A stretch of 64,000 nt of DNA from NCBI GenBank assembly GCA_036563615.1, contig DATCMB010000006.1, positions 130,149 through 194,148 on the forward strand, written 5' to 3'. A program made the position numbers and the translations under genes. Shown here in pieces: positions 19,304-29,127 of this stretch. The notes beneath the pieces were generated by a model. That model was given only the letters and a program-made list of their open reading frames with translations. It did not search any database and was not told where the DNA came from. The number at the start of each line of letters is the position of its first letter. The stretch's first letter is position 1. This stretch comes from Candidatus Binatia bacterium (GTDB lineage Bacteria; Desulfobacterota; Binatia; UBA12015).

Positions 19304-20014
19304 TCAGGGCTGGGGGACGTAGATGTAGCGGTCGAGGTCGACGAGCTTGGACTTGGGCGTGGCGGACGTGTCCGAGCCGTCGCCGCCGGACGAGGCGGTC
19401 GCGGTGTCGCCGTCGGTGTCGCCATCGTCTCCGGCGCCGGCGACCGGGAAGCCGGCCAGGATCTCGCCGACCGCGCCCTCGAGCTTCGCGATGTCCTGGC
19501 CGTCGTCGAGGACGACGGTGCGGGCGCCCGACCAGGCCGGCTTGCGCGAGCGCGCGTCGGTCACCTCGACCACCACCGTGCCCTCCTCGTAGCCGAAGAC
19601 GAAGGCGCCACCGAGGTTCTGCTGCCCGCCGCGGTCGCGGTAGGCGATGTACTCGCCGAAGGTGTCGGCGGACTTCTCCTCGAGGCGCACGCCGAAGTCG
19701 ACCAGGAAGTCCGGGCTCGCGCCCGCGGCCGGCCGGTAGCCCTTGGCGGCGAGCGCGCGATCGACCGCTTCGCGGATCGTGATCTCGAGCACCGCCGCGT
19801 CGCGCGCGCGCTCCTCGTCGGCGTCGATCACGGGCGCCGCGGTCGCCCAGGCGTAGGTCCGGTAGGTCGATACGTCGACGGCGGGTGCGGCGACGTCGCG
19901 GGCCCGCGTCGCGCTCGCGCAGGCCGCGAGCGCGAGCCCGAGGACGACGGGGCTCAGCAGCGCGCGCAGCGGCGGACGGCCGGCGACGCGCGACGGGGAA
20001 AGCGTCTCGCGCAT
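19304..20014 (-). CDS. DUF4136-like lipoprotein with an acidic Gly/Asp-rich C-terminal tail
   Basis: Signal peptide with an LAACAS lipobox. The central domain resembles DUF4136. The C-terminal low-complexity region is AGAGDDGDTDGDTATASSGGDGSD. Confidence 0.6.
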   Translation of the reverse strand: MRETLSPSRVAGRPPLRALLSPVVLGLALAACASATRARDVAAPAVDVSTYRTYAWATAAPVIDADEERARDAAVLEITIREAVDRALAAKGYRPAAGASPDFLVDFGVRLEEKSADTFGEYIAYRDRGGQQNLGGAFVFGYEEGTVVVEVTDARSRKPAWSGARTVVLDDGQDIAKLEGAVGEILAGFPVAGAGDDGDTDGDTATASSGGDGSDTSATPKSKLVDLDRYIYVPQP

Positions 20015-20050
20015 GCAGGGCCGTTAGCCGCGCGCACGCTGCTCCTCAAC

Positions 20051-20803
20051 CTACGCGTCCGACGCGCCGGCGGCGTGGGCGGCGGGCTCGCTCGACGCGC
20101 GAGCGTCGCCGACGGACCCGCGAGCGGCATCGAAGGACGCGCCGTCGGCGCCGGTCGACACCCGCTCCGCGAGCAGGCGCGCGAGCCGCTCGACCTCGCG
20201 CGTCGCCGCCTCGCGCGTGCGCACCAGGTGCTCGTCGTCCCACTCGTCCGACTCGACCGCGACCGTCGCGACGAGCTCCGCGCCGACGAAGCGCAGCACG
20301 GTCTCGACGTGCCGGTCGAGGTGGTTCATGTGCGCGAGCGGTCCTCCGGGTCCGAAGCCGCGGTCGCCGCGCGAGGTGACCAGCACCGCGGTCTTGTCGC
20401 GCAGCAGCGGCTGGTAGGGATCGGTGGGGTTCGCGGGATCGAAGGCGAACGTGCGTCCGACGCGCACGACCTGATCGACCCACGCCTTGAGCTGGGCCGG
20501 CATGCCGAAGTTGTACATCGGCGCGCCGAGCACCAGGACGTCGGCGCGCTCGAGCTCGTCGATCAGCGCGTCGCTGGTCGCGAGCGCGCGGCGCATCTGC
20601 TCGGTGCGCTCTTCCGGTGCGCTGAACGCGGCGGCGACCCACTCGGCGTCGACCGGCGGCGGCGGGGTGGCGCCGAGGTCGCGGTACACGATCGTGTCGT
20701 GCGGGCGCAGCGCGCGCCAGCGCTCGGCGAAGAGCCGCGTCAAGCGGCGGGTGTGCGAGCGCTCGTGACGGGCGCTCGAGTCGAGGACGAGAAGCGTTGC
20801 CAT
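20051..20803 (-). CDS. azoR: FMN-dependent NADH-azoreductase
   Basis: Flavodoxin-like fold with the LVLDSS...MYNFGMP pattern of the AzoR/AcpD family. Confidence 0.85.
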   Translation of the reverse strand: MATLLVLDSSARHERSHTRRLTRLFAERWRALRPHDTIVYRDLGATPPPPVDAEWVAAAFSAPEERTEQMRRALATSDALIDELERADVLVLGAPMYNFGMPAQLKAWVDQVVRVGRTFAFDPANPTDPYQPLLRDKTAVLVTSRGDRGFGPGGPLAHMNHLDRHVETVLRFVGAELVATVAVESDEWDDEHLVRTREAATREVERLARLLAERVSTGADGASFDAARGSVGDARASSEPAAHAAGASDA

Positions 20804-20804
20804 G

Positions 20805-20827
20805 CTGCGAAGACCTCCTTCGCAGCG
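20805..20827. promoter_or_regulatory. Perfect 9-nt inverted repeat (GCTGCGAAG-N5-CTTCGCAGC) in the lysR/azoR divergent region; its loop carries the azoR Shine-Dalgarno (GGAGG)
   Basis: The minus-strand RNA would read GCUGCGAAG-GAGGU-CUUCGCAGC-AUG, a 9-bp stem that occludes the Shine-Dalgarno immediately 5' of the azoR start. At the DNA level the same element is a palindrome in a LysR-type divergent promoter region. Confidence 0.3.
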
Positions 20828-20914
20828 AGCAGTAGGCGCGCCGCCGAGCCTTGAGTAGCCGCGTCGGACGGAAAACAGTGTTCACGCCGCGTTGACGATC
20901 GGCGGCGCGAGACG

Positions 20915-21913
20915 ATGGACACGATCGAGAGCATGCGCACGTTTGCCGCCGTCGCGCAGGCGGGCAGCTTCTCCGCCGCCGCGCGCCGCCTCGGCATCTC
21001 GAAGGCGCTCGCGAGCAAGCAGGTGGGGATGCTCGAGCGTCGCCTCGGCGCATGTCTGTTTCAGCGCACGACGCGCGCCGTGACGCTGACCGACGCCGGC
21101 CGCGACGCGCTCGCGCGCTGCCTCGACATCCTCGCCGCGGTCGACGACCTCGAGAACGAGGCCGCGAGCGCGCACGGCGAGGTGTGCGGGACGTTGCGCG
21201 TCGCGGGTCCACCGCTGCTCGGCGAGGAGGTGCTCGCGCCGGCGGTGGCGTCGTTCGTGCGACGCCATCCGAGCGTGCGCGTCGAGCTCGCGCTCGAGGA
21301 GCGCTTCGTCGACGTCGTCGGCGAGGGCTTCGACCTCGCGATTCGGGTCGGCGACCTCACCGACTCGGGTCTGGTCGCGCGCCGCATCGGCACGCAGCGG
21401 TTCGTGCTCTGCGCGGCGCGCGCCTACCTCGCGCGCAAGGGCACGCCGAGGCGCCCCGAGGAGCTCGCGCAGCACGACTGCATCGTCGATCTGGCGCTGA
21501 GCCCGACCGCGCGCTGGCACGTCGGCGGCAAGCGGGGAGCGCAGGTCGTGGCGGTCCGTCCGCGCGTGCGCGTCAGCTCGGCGCGCGCGGTCGCGACGCT
21601 GGTGCGCGCCGGCGTCGGCGTCGGGCTCGTCGCGACGTCGCTCGTGCGCGACGACCTCGCGAGCGGGCGCGTCGTGCAGCTGCTCGGCGAGGACGCGGTC
21701 TACGAGCGCGACGTGTGGGCGATCCACCCGCACCCGCACCGCTCGCAGGTCCCCGCGCGGGTGCGCGCGTTTCTCGAGCACCTGAGCGAGGCGCTGCGCT
21801 CGGCGTGCGCGCCGGCGCCGCGGCCGGGCCGCGGCTCCCGCCGTCAAGCACACGTCGAGGGCGGTGTGCGCGCCGCGCGCTCGACCGGCCGCGCGGCGCG
21901 CTCGACCGGCTAG
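20915..21913 (+). CDS. LysR-family transcriptional regulator
   Basis: N-terminal HTH (MRTFAAVAQAGSFSAAARRLGISKALASKQVGMLE) plus a LysR substrate-binding domain. Divergently transcribed from azoR. Confidence 0.85.
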   Translation: MDTIESMRTFAAVAQAGSFSAAARRLGISKALASKQVGMLERRLGACLFQRTTRAVTLTDAGRDALARCLDILAAVDDLENEAASAHGEVCGTLRVAGPPLLGEEVLAPAVASFVRRHPSVRVELALEERFVDVVGEGFDLAIRVGDLTDSGLVARRIGTQRFVLCAARAYLARKGTPRRPEELAQHDCIVDLALSPTARWHVGGKRGAQVVAVRPRVRVSSARAVATLVRAGVGVGLVATSLVRDDLASGRVVQLLGEDAVYERDVWAIHPHPHRSQVPARVRAFLEHLSEALRSACAPAPRPGRGSRRQAHVEGGVRAARSTGRAARSTG

Positions 21914-23739
21914 GAGCCGATGTCGCAGGGGAACGGCTGCACGCCCGGGAAGTCGGTGATCAGCGTTCCCTCCTCGACCTTGTCGACGACGCTCGCGGGA
22001 TCGGCCATTGCGCCGCCCACCCAGTCGCGCAACAGGGTCCCGCCGACGACGGTGCTGTTCCAGGTCGAGGTCGTGATCTCGCCGTGCACCGAGCTCGACG
22101 TGCCGCGCAGGAAGGCGTGCAGCCCCGGCGTACCGCGCAGCGCGCAGTAGTGCTCGCGCGCGGTGTTGATGAACGCGACCATCGACGGGAACAGCGTCGT
22201 GCTGCGCTGCGTGTTGTCGACCTGATTCGAGATCTGCAGGAAGCGCTGGTACGGCGTGCCGAGGAGCCGCGGCGCCGACGCGAGCTCGAGGACGCCGAAG
22301 ATCTCCATGCACTCCGGCCCGTTGCAGTAGGGCGGCAGGAAGGGCCGCACGTTCCAGCCGGGCGACGCCGGCTGGGTGACGAGCGAGCCGAGCGCGATCA
22401 CGCCTGCGAAGCCGTTGTCCATCGACAGCGCCGCGTCGGGCACGACCGTCGTGTTCACCCAGCCGAGGTCGTCGAGCACCCAGTGGTAGTTGTACGCGAC
22501 GCCGAAGCCGCCGGCGGAGGTGCCTGCGAACACCACGATCGGGCGGTCGGCGCGGTAGCCCTCGGGATCCGTCGCCTGCATCTCCGCCCAGATCAGGTCG
22601 CGCAAGTAGCGCAGCGCCGCGCGCACGTTCAGCGCGCCGTAGCGGTGCACGGTGATGTCCGGGAAGACGTTCGTCGTGCCGCCGCCGATGTGCAGGTCCT
22701 GCGTGCAGTACGGCAGGCTGACCTTCGTCCAGTCGCGGAACGGATTGGTCGCCGCGGTGCTCGACATGATGCCGCCGTTCGGCAGCGAGTCGCCGAGCGC
22801 CTCGAAGAGGCCCGGGTTGACGCCCGGGCAATCCGCGGCGCCGAGGCACACGCCGCCGCCCTGCAGGTGCACGACGATCCGCTCGACCGGCGCGCCCACG
22901 GGCGCGAGGCGCAGGTCGAATGCGTAGTCGCTGCCGTTGCCGCAGCGCGTGCCCCAGACGTTCGAGGGCAGCACGACCTTGGTCGCGACGCCGCGCGCCG
23001 GCACGGGAACGCTCGCGCGCGGACCGCAGTCGAGGCTGAGCGGCGCGGTGTCGCCGTGCGCGCTCGCGACCAGGCAGCGCGCCTGCTCCGCGGCGCGCGC
23101 CGTGAAGTCGGTCGGCTCGAGCCCGACGAGCTGCGCGAGCGGGGTGACGCACTTGCGCGCGAGCTTCGCCGCCGTCTTGCTCGCCTTCGTCGCGAGCCTG
23201 CTCGCGACCACGCCGGTGTTGCACGACTTGCCGGCCCGCGCGTTCCGCACGCAGGAGCTCTGCTGCTTCAGGTCGTGCACGAGCAGCGACGCGCCCTCGC
23301 GCCAGGCGAAATCGAGGCACTTCTGCTCGCTGGGGAAGACTTCCGCACGTACCGCCGCGTGCGGTCCGCCGTAGCTGCGCGCGGCGAGGCTCGCGACCGC
23401 CTGCGTGCACGCGTTCTGGATGCGCTGCACGAGGCCGTTCGGCGTCAGCACCGGACCGTAGCCGCCCGCCTGCACGGTCGCCTGATCGGGGCAGCGCTTG
23501 AGGATCTGGCTCGCGACCCGGTCGAGCTGCTTGGCGAGCCTCGCGTCGGACGCGGCGCAGGCCGAGCCGGTCTTGCGGTAGCACTGCTGCTGCAGGCGGC
23601 TCACCTGGCTGACGCACGCGCGCAGCGCGTCGCTCACCGCGTTCTCGCACCGCTGCCCGGCGGTGAGGGCCGCATCCGCGGACGTCGAGAGGAAGACGGA
23701 CGCAGCAAGGGCGAGCAGGACGGTTCGGGCAGCGGACAT
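21910..23739 (-). CDS. Secreted PAE/Notum-family carboxylesterase, paralog of 8343..10169, with a Cys-rich N-terminal domain
   Basis: Sec signal peptide. Carries GGGVC and GTSAGGFG catalytic motifs. GGAGGAT Shine-Dalgarno sits before the ATG at 23739. Same two-domain architecture as the first PAE-like gene. Confidence 0.7.
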   Translation of the reverse strand: MSAARTVLLALAASVFLSTSADAALTAGQRCENAVSDALRACVSQVSRLQQQCYRKTGSACAASDARLAKQLDRVASQILKRCPDQATVQAGGYGPVLTPNGLVQRIQNACTQAVASLAARSYGGPHAAVRAEVFPSEQKCLDFAWREGASLLVHDLKQQSSCVRNARAGKSCNTGVVASRLATKASKTAAKLARKCVTPLAQLVGLEPTDFTARAAEQARCLVASAHGDTAPLSLDCGPRASVPVPARGVATKVVLPSNVWGTRCGNGSDYAFDLRLAPVGAPVERIVVHLQGGGVCLGAADCPGVNPGLFEALGDSLPNGGIMSSTAATNPFRDWTKVSLPYCTQDLHIGGGTTNVFPDITVHRYGALNVRAALRYLRDLIWAEMQATDPEGYRADRPIVVFAGTSAGGFGVAYNYHWVLDDLGWVNTTVVPDAALSMDNGFAGVIALGSLVTQPASPGWNVRPFLPPYCNGPECMEIFGVLELASAPRLLGTPYQRFLQISNQVDNTQRSTTLFPSMVAFINTAREHYCALRGTPGLHAFLRGTSSSVHGEITTSTWNSTVVGGTLLRDWVGGAMADPASVVDKVEEGTLITDFPGVQPFPCDIGS

Positions 23740-23910
23740 CGGTGGGATCCTCCTTCAGTGGTGGGGGGCGACCATAGCCGCGCAGGGCCGCTGCAGTAAA
23801 CCCGCGCGTGACGCGCGTCGCCGTCGGACGACGGCCAGCCGCAGGTCGCGCGGGCCCCGCGCGCGGAACGTCTTTCGTGCCCGCGCGGACCGTCCGCTCG
23901 CGCGGCTCGT

Positions 23911-24462
23911 CTAGTGCGCCTCGTCCGGCTGGATGCGCAGCGTGTGGATCGTCGTCGCGAGCATCTCGTAGTGCCCGACCAGCATCACGAGCTCGATGCG
24001 CTCCCGCTCGTCGAGCTCGCGCGAAAGCTCCGTCCACAGCGCGCCGGAGAGATCCTGCGTCGCGTGCAGCTCGTCGGTCGCGCGCAGCAGGAGCCGCTCG
24101 CGCGGCGACCAGCCGTCGGCGTCGGGGCCTGCCTTGACGCGCTCGACGTCGGCGTCGCGAAGTCCGGCGCGGGCGCCGAGGCGAACGTGGTGCTCGAACT
24201 CGTAGGCGCAGCCCCGCAGGTGCGCGACCCGCAGGATCACCAGCTCGGTGTCGCGCCGCGGCAGCCTGCCGAACGGCATCAGGCGCGAGGCGAACGACAG
24301 CCAGCCGCGGAACAGCCGACGGTGCCGGCCGAGCGTCAAGAACAGGTTCGGCGGCCTGGTGCCGGCGACCCGGCCGAGCACCTGCACGAGGAGCCAGGTC
24401 CTCAGGCCGAGCTCGGCGCGTCCGCCGGGCGCGATCCGGGGCTCGTCCGGGCGCGCGCTCAT
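23911..24462 (-). CDS. Carboxymuconolactone decarboxylase-family (AhpD-like) protein
   Basis: CMD-family helical pattern (VAHLRGCAYEFEHH). The ATG overlaps the upstream SDR stop (ATGA). Confidence 0.75.
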   Translation of the reverse strand: MSARPDEPRIAPGGRAELGLRTWLLVQVLGRVAGTRPPNLFLTLGRHRRLFRGWLSFASRLMPFGRLPRRDTELVILRVAHLRGCAYEFEHHVRLGARAGLRDADVERVKAGPDADGWSPRERLLLRATDELHATQDLSGALWTELSRELDERERIELVMLVGHYEMLATTIHTLRIQPDEAH

Positions 24463-25364
24463 CCGACCGCGGCGTCGCTCGTCGGCCCGGCCGGACGTCC
24501 CTTCTCGGGCTGCGGCGTCGTGAGCGGCGCGTTCTCCGCGCGCGCGATCTCGAGCGCCTCCTGGACGGCGGCGCCGGAGCCCACCCCGAGCTCGACGATC
24601 CTCTGCATGAGCATGCGCACCGGCAGGATGGCCGCGACCCACCACGGCGCGACGATGCGGCGCGCACGGCGCGCGATCCCGCGCTCGAGCGCGTCGATGC
24701 CGATCGAGAGCGGCGCGACCCGGGTGAAGACGCTGTCGCGGTGGATCTTCGCCGCCGCCTTGGTGCCGAAGCCGCGCTTGGTCATGTCGGTGTCGAGCTC
24801 GGCGAAGTACGCGACGCCGACGCGGGCGCCGGTCGCGGCGAGCTCGATCCGCAGGCAGTTCGCCATCGCCTCGACCGCAGCTTTGGACGCGCAGTACGCG
24901 CCGAGCAGCGGCGGATGGACCGCCGCGGCGAGCGAGGAGACCGCGAGCGCGTAGCCGTTCGGGTGGCTGACGTGCGGCCCCGCCGCGCGCAGCGTGTAGT
25001 ACACGCCGAGCACGTTGACCGACATGTGGCGCTCGAAGACCTCGGGGTTGCCGCCGACGAGCGGCAGCTGCGACGCGACGCCGGCGTTCGCCACCACGAC
25101 GTCGAGGCCGCCGAGCGCGCGGACCATCGCCTCGACGCCGCGGTCGACCTGCTCGCGATCGCTGACGTTGCACTCGGCCCACGGTGCGCCGCCGCACTCG
25201 GCGGCGACGGACGCGAGCAGGTCCGGCTCGAGGCCGAGCAGCGCGACGCGGGCGCCGCGCTCGGTCAGACGGCGCGCGAGCGCAGCACCGATGCCACGCG
25301 CGGCGCCGGTCACCAGCACGCGCCGTCCCGCGAGCGACTGTTCGGAGGAAGAAGACTGGGTCAT
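24459..25364 (-). CDS. SDR-family oxidoreductase
   Basis: TGAARGIG Rossmann motif, NAG, and a YxxxK catalytic motif (YCASK). Translationally coupled to the downstream CMD gene. Confidence 0.85.
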   Translation of the reverse strand: MTQSSSSEQSLAGRRVLVTGAARGIGAALARRLTERGARVALLGLEPDLLASVAAECGGAPWAECNVSDREQVDRGVEAMVRALGGLDVVVANAGVASQLPLVGGNPEVFERHMSVNVLGVYYTLRAAGPHVSHPNGYALAVSSLAAAVHPPLLGAYCASKAAVEAMANCLRIELAATGARVGVAYFAELDTDMTKRGFGTKAAAKIHRDSVFTRVAPLSIGIDALERGIARRARRIVAPWWVAAILPVRMLMQRIVELGVGSGAAVQEALEIARAENAPLTTPQPEKGRPAGPTSDAAVG

Positions 25365-25578
25365 GGCTCGATCTCTCTCGTGCCGAGTGCCGTAGCTTCC
25401 AGAAGCGCGCGAGGCGAGTGCGCGAAGCGGGACGTGCGGAGTTTCCCGTCGGCGAGCGGGGTGCAGGCTGGGCGCGCGCCTTGAGATTGTCTGCGCACAA
25501 TCCTAACGTCGCGCGTCGCTCTCCTCTCTGATCATTGTTGCCAGTTCGGTACGCGGTACGCGGGAAGCGGGGGTCGTC

Positions 25579-27252
25579 ATGACGGGTCGGTGGCCGAAAG
25601 CATGGCTGGGTGCGCTCACGACGGCGCTCGCGTTGACGCTCGCTGCGTGCTCGGACGCGCCGGACGCAGGGTGTCCGACCGGCGTCGTCGAGACCACGAG
25701 CGGCGCGGTGTGCGGCGTCGTCCTGCCGATCGAGGATCTGCCGGGGACGAGCGTCGACGCCTTCCTCGGCGTGCCGTACGCCGAGAGCACGGCGGGCGCG
25801 AACCGCTTCCGGCCGCCGGTGCCGAAGGCGCGCATGTCCGGCGTCTTCCAGGCCGACACGCTGAGCCCGGCCTGTCCGCAGACGCTCAATCCGCTCGGCG
25901 CGACCTCGATCAGCGAGGATTGCTTGACGATCAACGTCTGGCGGCCGCGCCAGAGCAACCGGCCGGTCGCGCGTCCCGTGCTGGTGTGGATCTACGGCGG
26001 CGCGTTCATCTCCGGCGCGAACCAGAACCCGCTGTACCAGGGCGGCTACATGGCGGCTGCGGCCGACGTGGTCGTCGTCGCCCCGAACTACCGCGTCGGC
26101 GCCATGGGCTTCCTCGCCGGCACCGACGGCATCGACGGCAACCAGGGCCTCAAGGACCAGCAGCTCGCGCTGCAGTGGGTGCGCGACAACATCGATCGCT
26201 TCGGCGGTGATCCGAACAACGTGACGATCTTCGGCGAGAGCGCGGGCGCGATGTCGGTCGGCCTGCACGAGCTCTCGATCCCGTCGAGCGCGGGGCTCTT
26301 CCGTGCGGCGATCATGCAGAGCAACCCGTTCGGCGTGCCCTACAAGAGCCTCGCGCAGGCGCGGCCGATCGCGGCGCTCTTCAAGGAGAAGGTCGGCTGC
26401 GCCAATCAGGGCATCGAGTGCCTGCAGCAGGTGCCGGTGGACACGGTCCTGAGCGTGCAGGCCGACGTCGAGCTGCAGCTCCGGAGCCTGCTCGGCGCGA
26501 GTCTCGCGGGCTTCCTGGTGTTCGCGCCGGTGATCGACGGCTCGTTCGTCGTCGGCGACCCCACGGTGATCGCCGATCAGAGCGGCGTGCCGCTGCCGAC
26601 GCTGCTCGGCACCAACGAGGCCGACGGCATCATCTTCGTCGAGGAGATCGCGAGCATCCTCGGCGGCACGATCGACGCGAACGCCTACCGGCTGATCATC
26701 AGCGTGCTCTTCGGCACCGACCGCCTCGACGAGATCATCGCCCTCTACGGCATCGACGAGACGGGCAACAACGCGCCGAACCTCTCGCGGATCGCGACCG
26801 ACTACCTGTTCGGCTGCGCGAACCGCTACGTCGCGCGGCGGGCGCGCTCGGACATCTGGACGTACCGCTTCGACGAGACCAGCGTGAACGTCTGGCCCGA
26901 GTACCCCGCCTGCGAGAACGAGGCCTGCCACGCCGACGACGTGCCGTTCGTCTTCCACGTCGACCGGCCGCTCGGCTTCGTCTTCACCCCGGCGCAGGAC
27001 GCGCTGTCGCAGGCGATGATCGGCTACTGGACGGCGTTCGCCGAGACCTTCGACCCGAACGGTCCTGGCCGGCCGACCTGGCCGCGCTTCACGCCGAACG
27101 GCCTCGAGTACATCCTCCTCGACACGCCGATCTCGACGGCGGTGAACCCGACCAACAACTGCGACTTCTGGGACGAGGTCGGCTACGAGATCGACAGCCC
27201 GATCGGGTTCTTGACCTCGATGGCCGAGGCGGCGCTGAGCGCCGCGCAGTAA
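25579..27252 (+). CDS. Type-B carboxylesterase/lipase (para-nitrobenzyl-esterase-like) lipoprotein
   Basis: LTLAACS lipobox, EDCLTINVW, and GESAG catalytic serine motif. Length is typical of the family. Confidence 0.9.
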   Translation: MTGRWPKAWLGALTTALALTLAACSDAPDAGCPTGVVETTSGAVCGVVLPIEDLPGTSVDAFLGVPYAESTAGANRFRPPVPKARMSGVFQADTLSPACPQTLNPLGATSISEDCLTINVWRPRQSNRPVARPVLVWIYGGAFISGANQNPLYQGGYMAAAADVVVVAPNYRVGAMGFLAGTDGIDGNQGLKDQQLALQWVRDNIDRFGGDPNNVTIFGESAGAMSVGLHELSIPSSAGLFRAAIMQSNPFGVPYKSLAQARPIAALFKEKVGCANQGIECLQQVPVDTVLSVQADVELQLRSLLGASLAGFLVFAPVIDGSFVVGDPTVIADQSGVPLPTLLGTNEADGIIFVEEIASILGGTIDANAYRLIISVLFGTDRLDEIIALYGIDETGNNAPNLSRIATDYLFGCANRYVARRARSDIWTYRFDETSVNVWPEYPACENEACHADDVPFVFHVDRPLGFVFTPAQDALSQAMIGYWTAFAETFDPNGPGRPTWPRFTPNGLEYILLDTPISTAVNPTNNCDFWDEVGYEIDSPIGFLTSMAEAALSAAQ

Positions 27253-27280
27253 CCGAGGCTCGGGACGCCGCGCGCCCGGC

Positions 27281-28411
27281 TCAGGACGGCGCCCGGCGTC
27301 CGCACGCCGCGAGCACGGCGTCCGAGAGCCGGGTCATGCGCATGTAGTTGACCATCGAGCTCTGCACGCCGTTGGTGAAGAACGCGACGGCGAGGTCGAG
27401 CTCGGGGTCGGCCCACGCGGTCGTGCAGCCGTGGCCCGAGTGCCCGAAGGTCTTCGGGCTCGAGCGCCGTCCGAACGCCGACGCCGGTCCGCCGAGCATG
27501 AAGCCGAGCGCCCAGCGCACCGGCACCTGCAGCGTGCGATCCTTCTTCATGTCGACGACGACGCGCGTCGCGCGCGCGATGGTCTCGGGACGGAGCAGCC
27601 GCACGCCGTCGAGCTCGCCGCCCGCGAGCAAGCACGCGTAGAAGCGCGTCAGGTCGTCGGTGGTCGAGACGCCGGTCGCGGCGCCGCACTGCACGCTGCG
27701 CACCTCGGGGCGGTTGAAGTCGGCGACGAACTCGGACTCGCCCGAGAGGTCGACGTGGTTCGCGACCTCCGGATTCCGCTCGGGCGGCAGGCCGACGTAG
27801 GTGTCGCGCAGGCCGAGCGGTCCCGTGATCTCGTCGGCGACGAAGCGGCCGAGCGTGCGGCCGTCGACCCGGCGCACGACCTCGCCCAGCACCCAGCCGA
27901 AGTTGAGCGGGTGGTAGCCGACGTCCTCGCCCGGCACCCAGCGCGCCGGACGCTCCTCCATCGCGCGCGCCACCGTGTCGAGGTCGCACCAGCGCTCCCA
28001 GGTGAGCCACTTCGGACCGAGCGGCAGCCCGGCCTGGTGGCTCAGGACGTGCGCGATCGTCGCGCGCTCCTTGCCGTGCTGGCCGAACTCCGGCCAGTAG
28101 CGCGCGACCGGCGCGTCGAGGTCGAGCACGCCGCGCTCGGCGAGCATGTGGATCGCGGTCGCGGTGAGCGGCTTGGTCGCCGAGAAGATCAGGAACAGCG
28201 TGCGCTGCGTGACCGGCGGACCCGCCTCGCCCGGACGCATCGTGCCGCCCGCCGCCTGCACGAGGATCCGACCGGCGCGACGAACGGTGAGCTGCGCACC
28301 CGGGTGCGTGCCGCTCGCGAGCAGCTGCTCGAAGGTCTCGAGCACCCGCTCGAGCGCCGCCGGGTCGGTGCCCGTGTCGCGGGACGCCTCCCGGTCGATG
28401 TGCGCCTGCAT
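27281..28411 (-). CDS. Beta-lactamase-family serine hydrolase (EstB/PBP4-like esterase)
   Basis: SxxK active-site motif (FSATKP) and YxN-like region. The start is taken at MQAHIDRE. The upstream part of the 630-aa ORF-track entry is spurious. Confidence 0.8.
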   Translation of the reverse strand: MQAHIDREASRDTGTDPAALERVLETFEQLLASGTHPGAQLTVRRAGRILVQAAGGTMRPGEAGPPVTQRTLFLIFSATKPLTATAIHMLAERGVLDLDAPVARYWPEFGQHGKERATIAHVLSHQAGLPLGPKWLTWERWCDLDTVARAMEERPARWVPGEDVGYHPLNFGWVLGEVVRRVDGRTLGRFVADEITGPLGLRDTYVGLPPERNPEVANHVDLSGESEFVADFNRPEVRSVQCGAATGVSTTDDLTRFYACLLAGGELDGVRLLRPETIARATRVVVDMKKDRTLQVPVRWALGFMLGGPASAFGRRSSPKTFGHSGHGCTTAWADPELDLAVAFFTNGVQSSMVNYMRMTRLSDAVLAACGRRAPS

Positions 28412-28452
28412 CGCCGGCCCATCGTAGGGGCCGGCGACGCGATGCGAAAGGG

Positions 28453-29127
28453 TCAGAAGGACTCGAGCGTCCGGATCAGCTCGTGCGCCGACTTCGGCGG
28501 CCGCACCTTGCCGGAGAGGATCTCGTCGGCCGTCACCTTGCGGCCGTAGTACTCCTCGTTCGCGTCGTCGCGGGTGACGATCACCGTGCCCTCGAGCGAC
28601 ACGCCGGCGAACAGGCCCTGGCTCCTGCTGTAGCTGTACACCGCCGCGACCGGCATCACGCCGGCGGCGATGTCGCGTCCGACCGGGCCCGCGGCGACGC
28701 TCACGTCGGCGCCGAGCTTGATGTTGCCGCCGTGCGAGAACGCCTTCACCGCGTCGTCGGTGTTGAGCACCATGACGAACTCCGTCACCGACGCGCCGAT
28801 CTGGAAGCCGAAGCCGGCGCCGCCGGTCGCGATCGCCGACGGCCCGCTCCAGCTCGACTTGCCGAGCCGCGCGATCACGAGCCCGGTGCCGCCCTCGCCG
28901 CTGAACACGAACCCGGCCTTGAGCACGGTCAGGATCGCGAGCCCCTTCGCGTCGCGCAGCACGGCGCGGGGGATGCCCTCCTCGGGCATGTCCTTGAAGC
29001 GCTCGAGGATCGTCGTCGCCTGGCGGACGTCCTCGGCGAGCGTTGCCTGCGCGGGCGCCGCCGACAGCGCGACGACGGTCGCCACGAGCGCGGCGACCGC
29101 GGCGGTGTGAGCTCTCTTCATCGGCAA
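28453..29127 (-). CDS. Secreted SYLF/Ysc84-domain (DUF500) protein
   Basis: Signal peptide plus a lipid-binding SYLF-domain pattern (GGAGFGFQIGA...VLNT). Confidence 0.75.
   Translation of the reverse strand: MPMKRAHTAAVAALVATVVALSAAPAQATLAEDVRQATTILERFKDMPEEGIPRAVLRDAKGLAILTVLKAGFVFSGEGGTGLVIARLGKSSWSGPSAIATGGAGFGFQIGASVTEFVMVLNTDDAVKAFSHGGNIKLGADVSVAAGPVGRDIAAGVMPVAAVYSYSRSQGLFAGVSLEGTVIVTRDDANEEYYGRKVTADEILSGKVRPPKSAHELIRTLESF

Noticed and set aside
23806-23822. GC palindrome CGCGCGT-G-ACGCGCG in the gap between the PAE-like gene and the CMD gene
   Set aside because: Short CG-only palindromes are expected by chance at this GC content. No supporting context.
20882-24667. 1261-aa minus ORF and 915-aa + ORF (21052..23799)
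   Set aside because: Spurious GC-frame ORFs. The locus encodes the LysR regulator, the second PAE-like esterase and a CMD protein with clear motifs.
23911-26958. 1015-aa minus ORF
   Set aside because: Only its 3' end (23911..24462) is a real CMD-family gene. The rest is antisense to the SDR and carboxylesterase genes.
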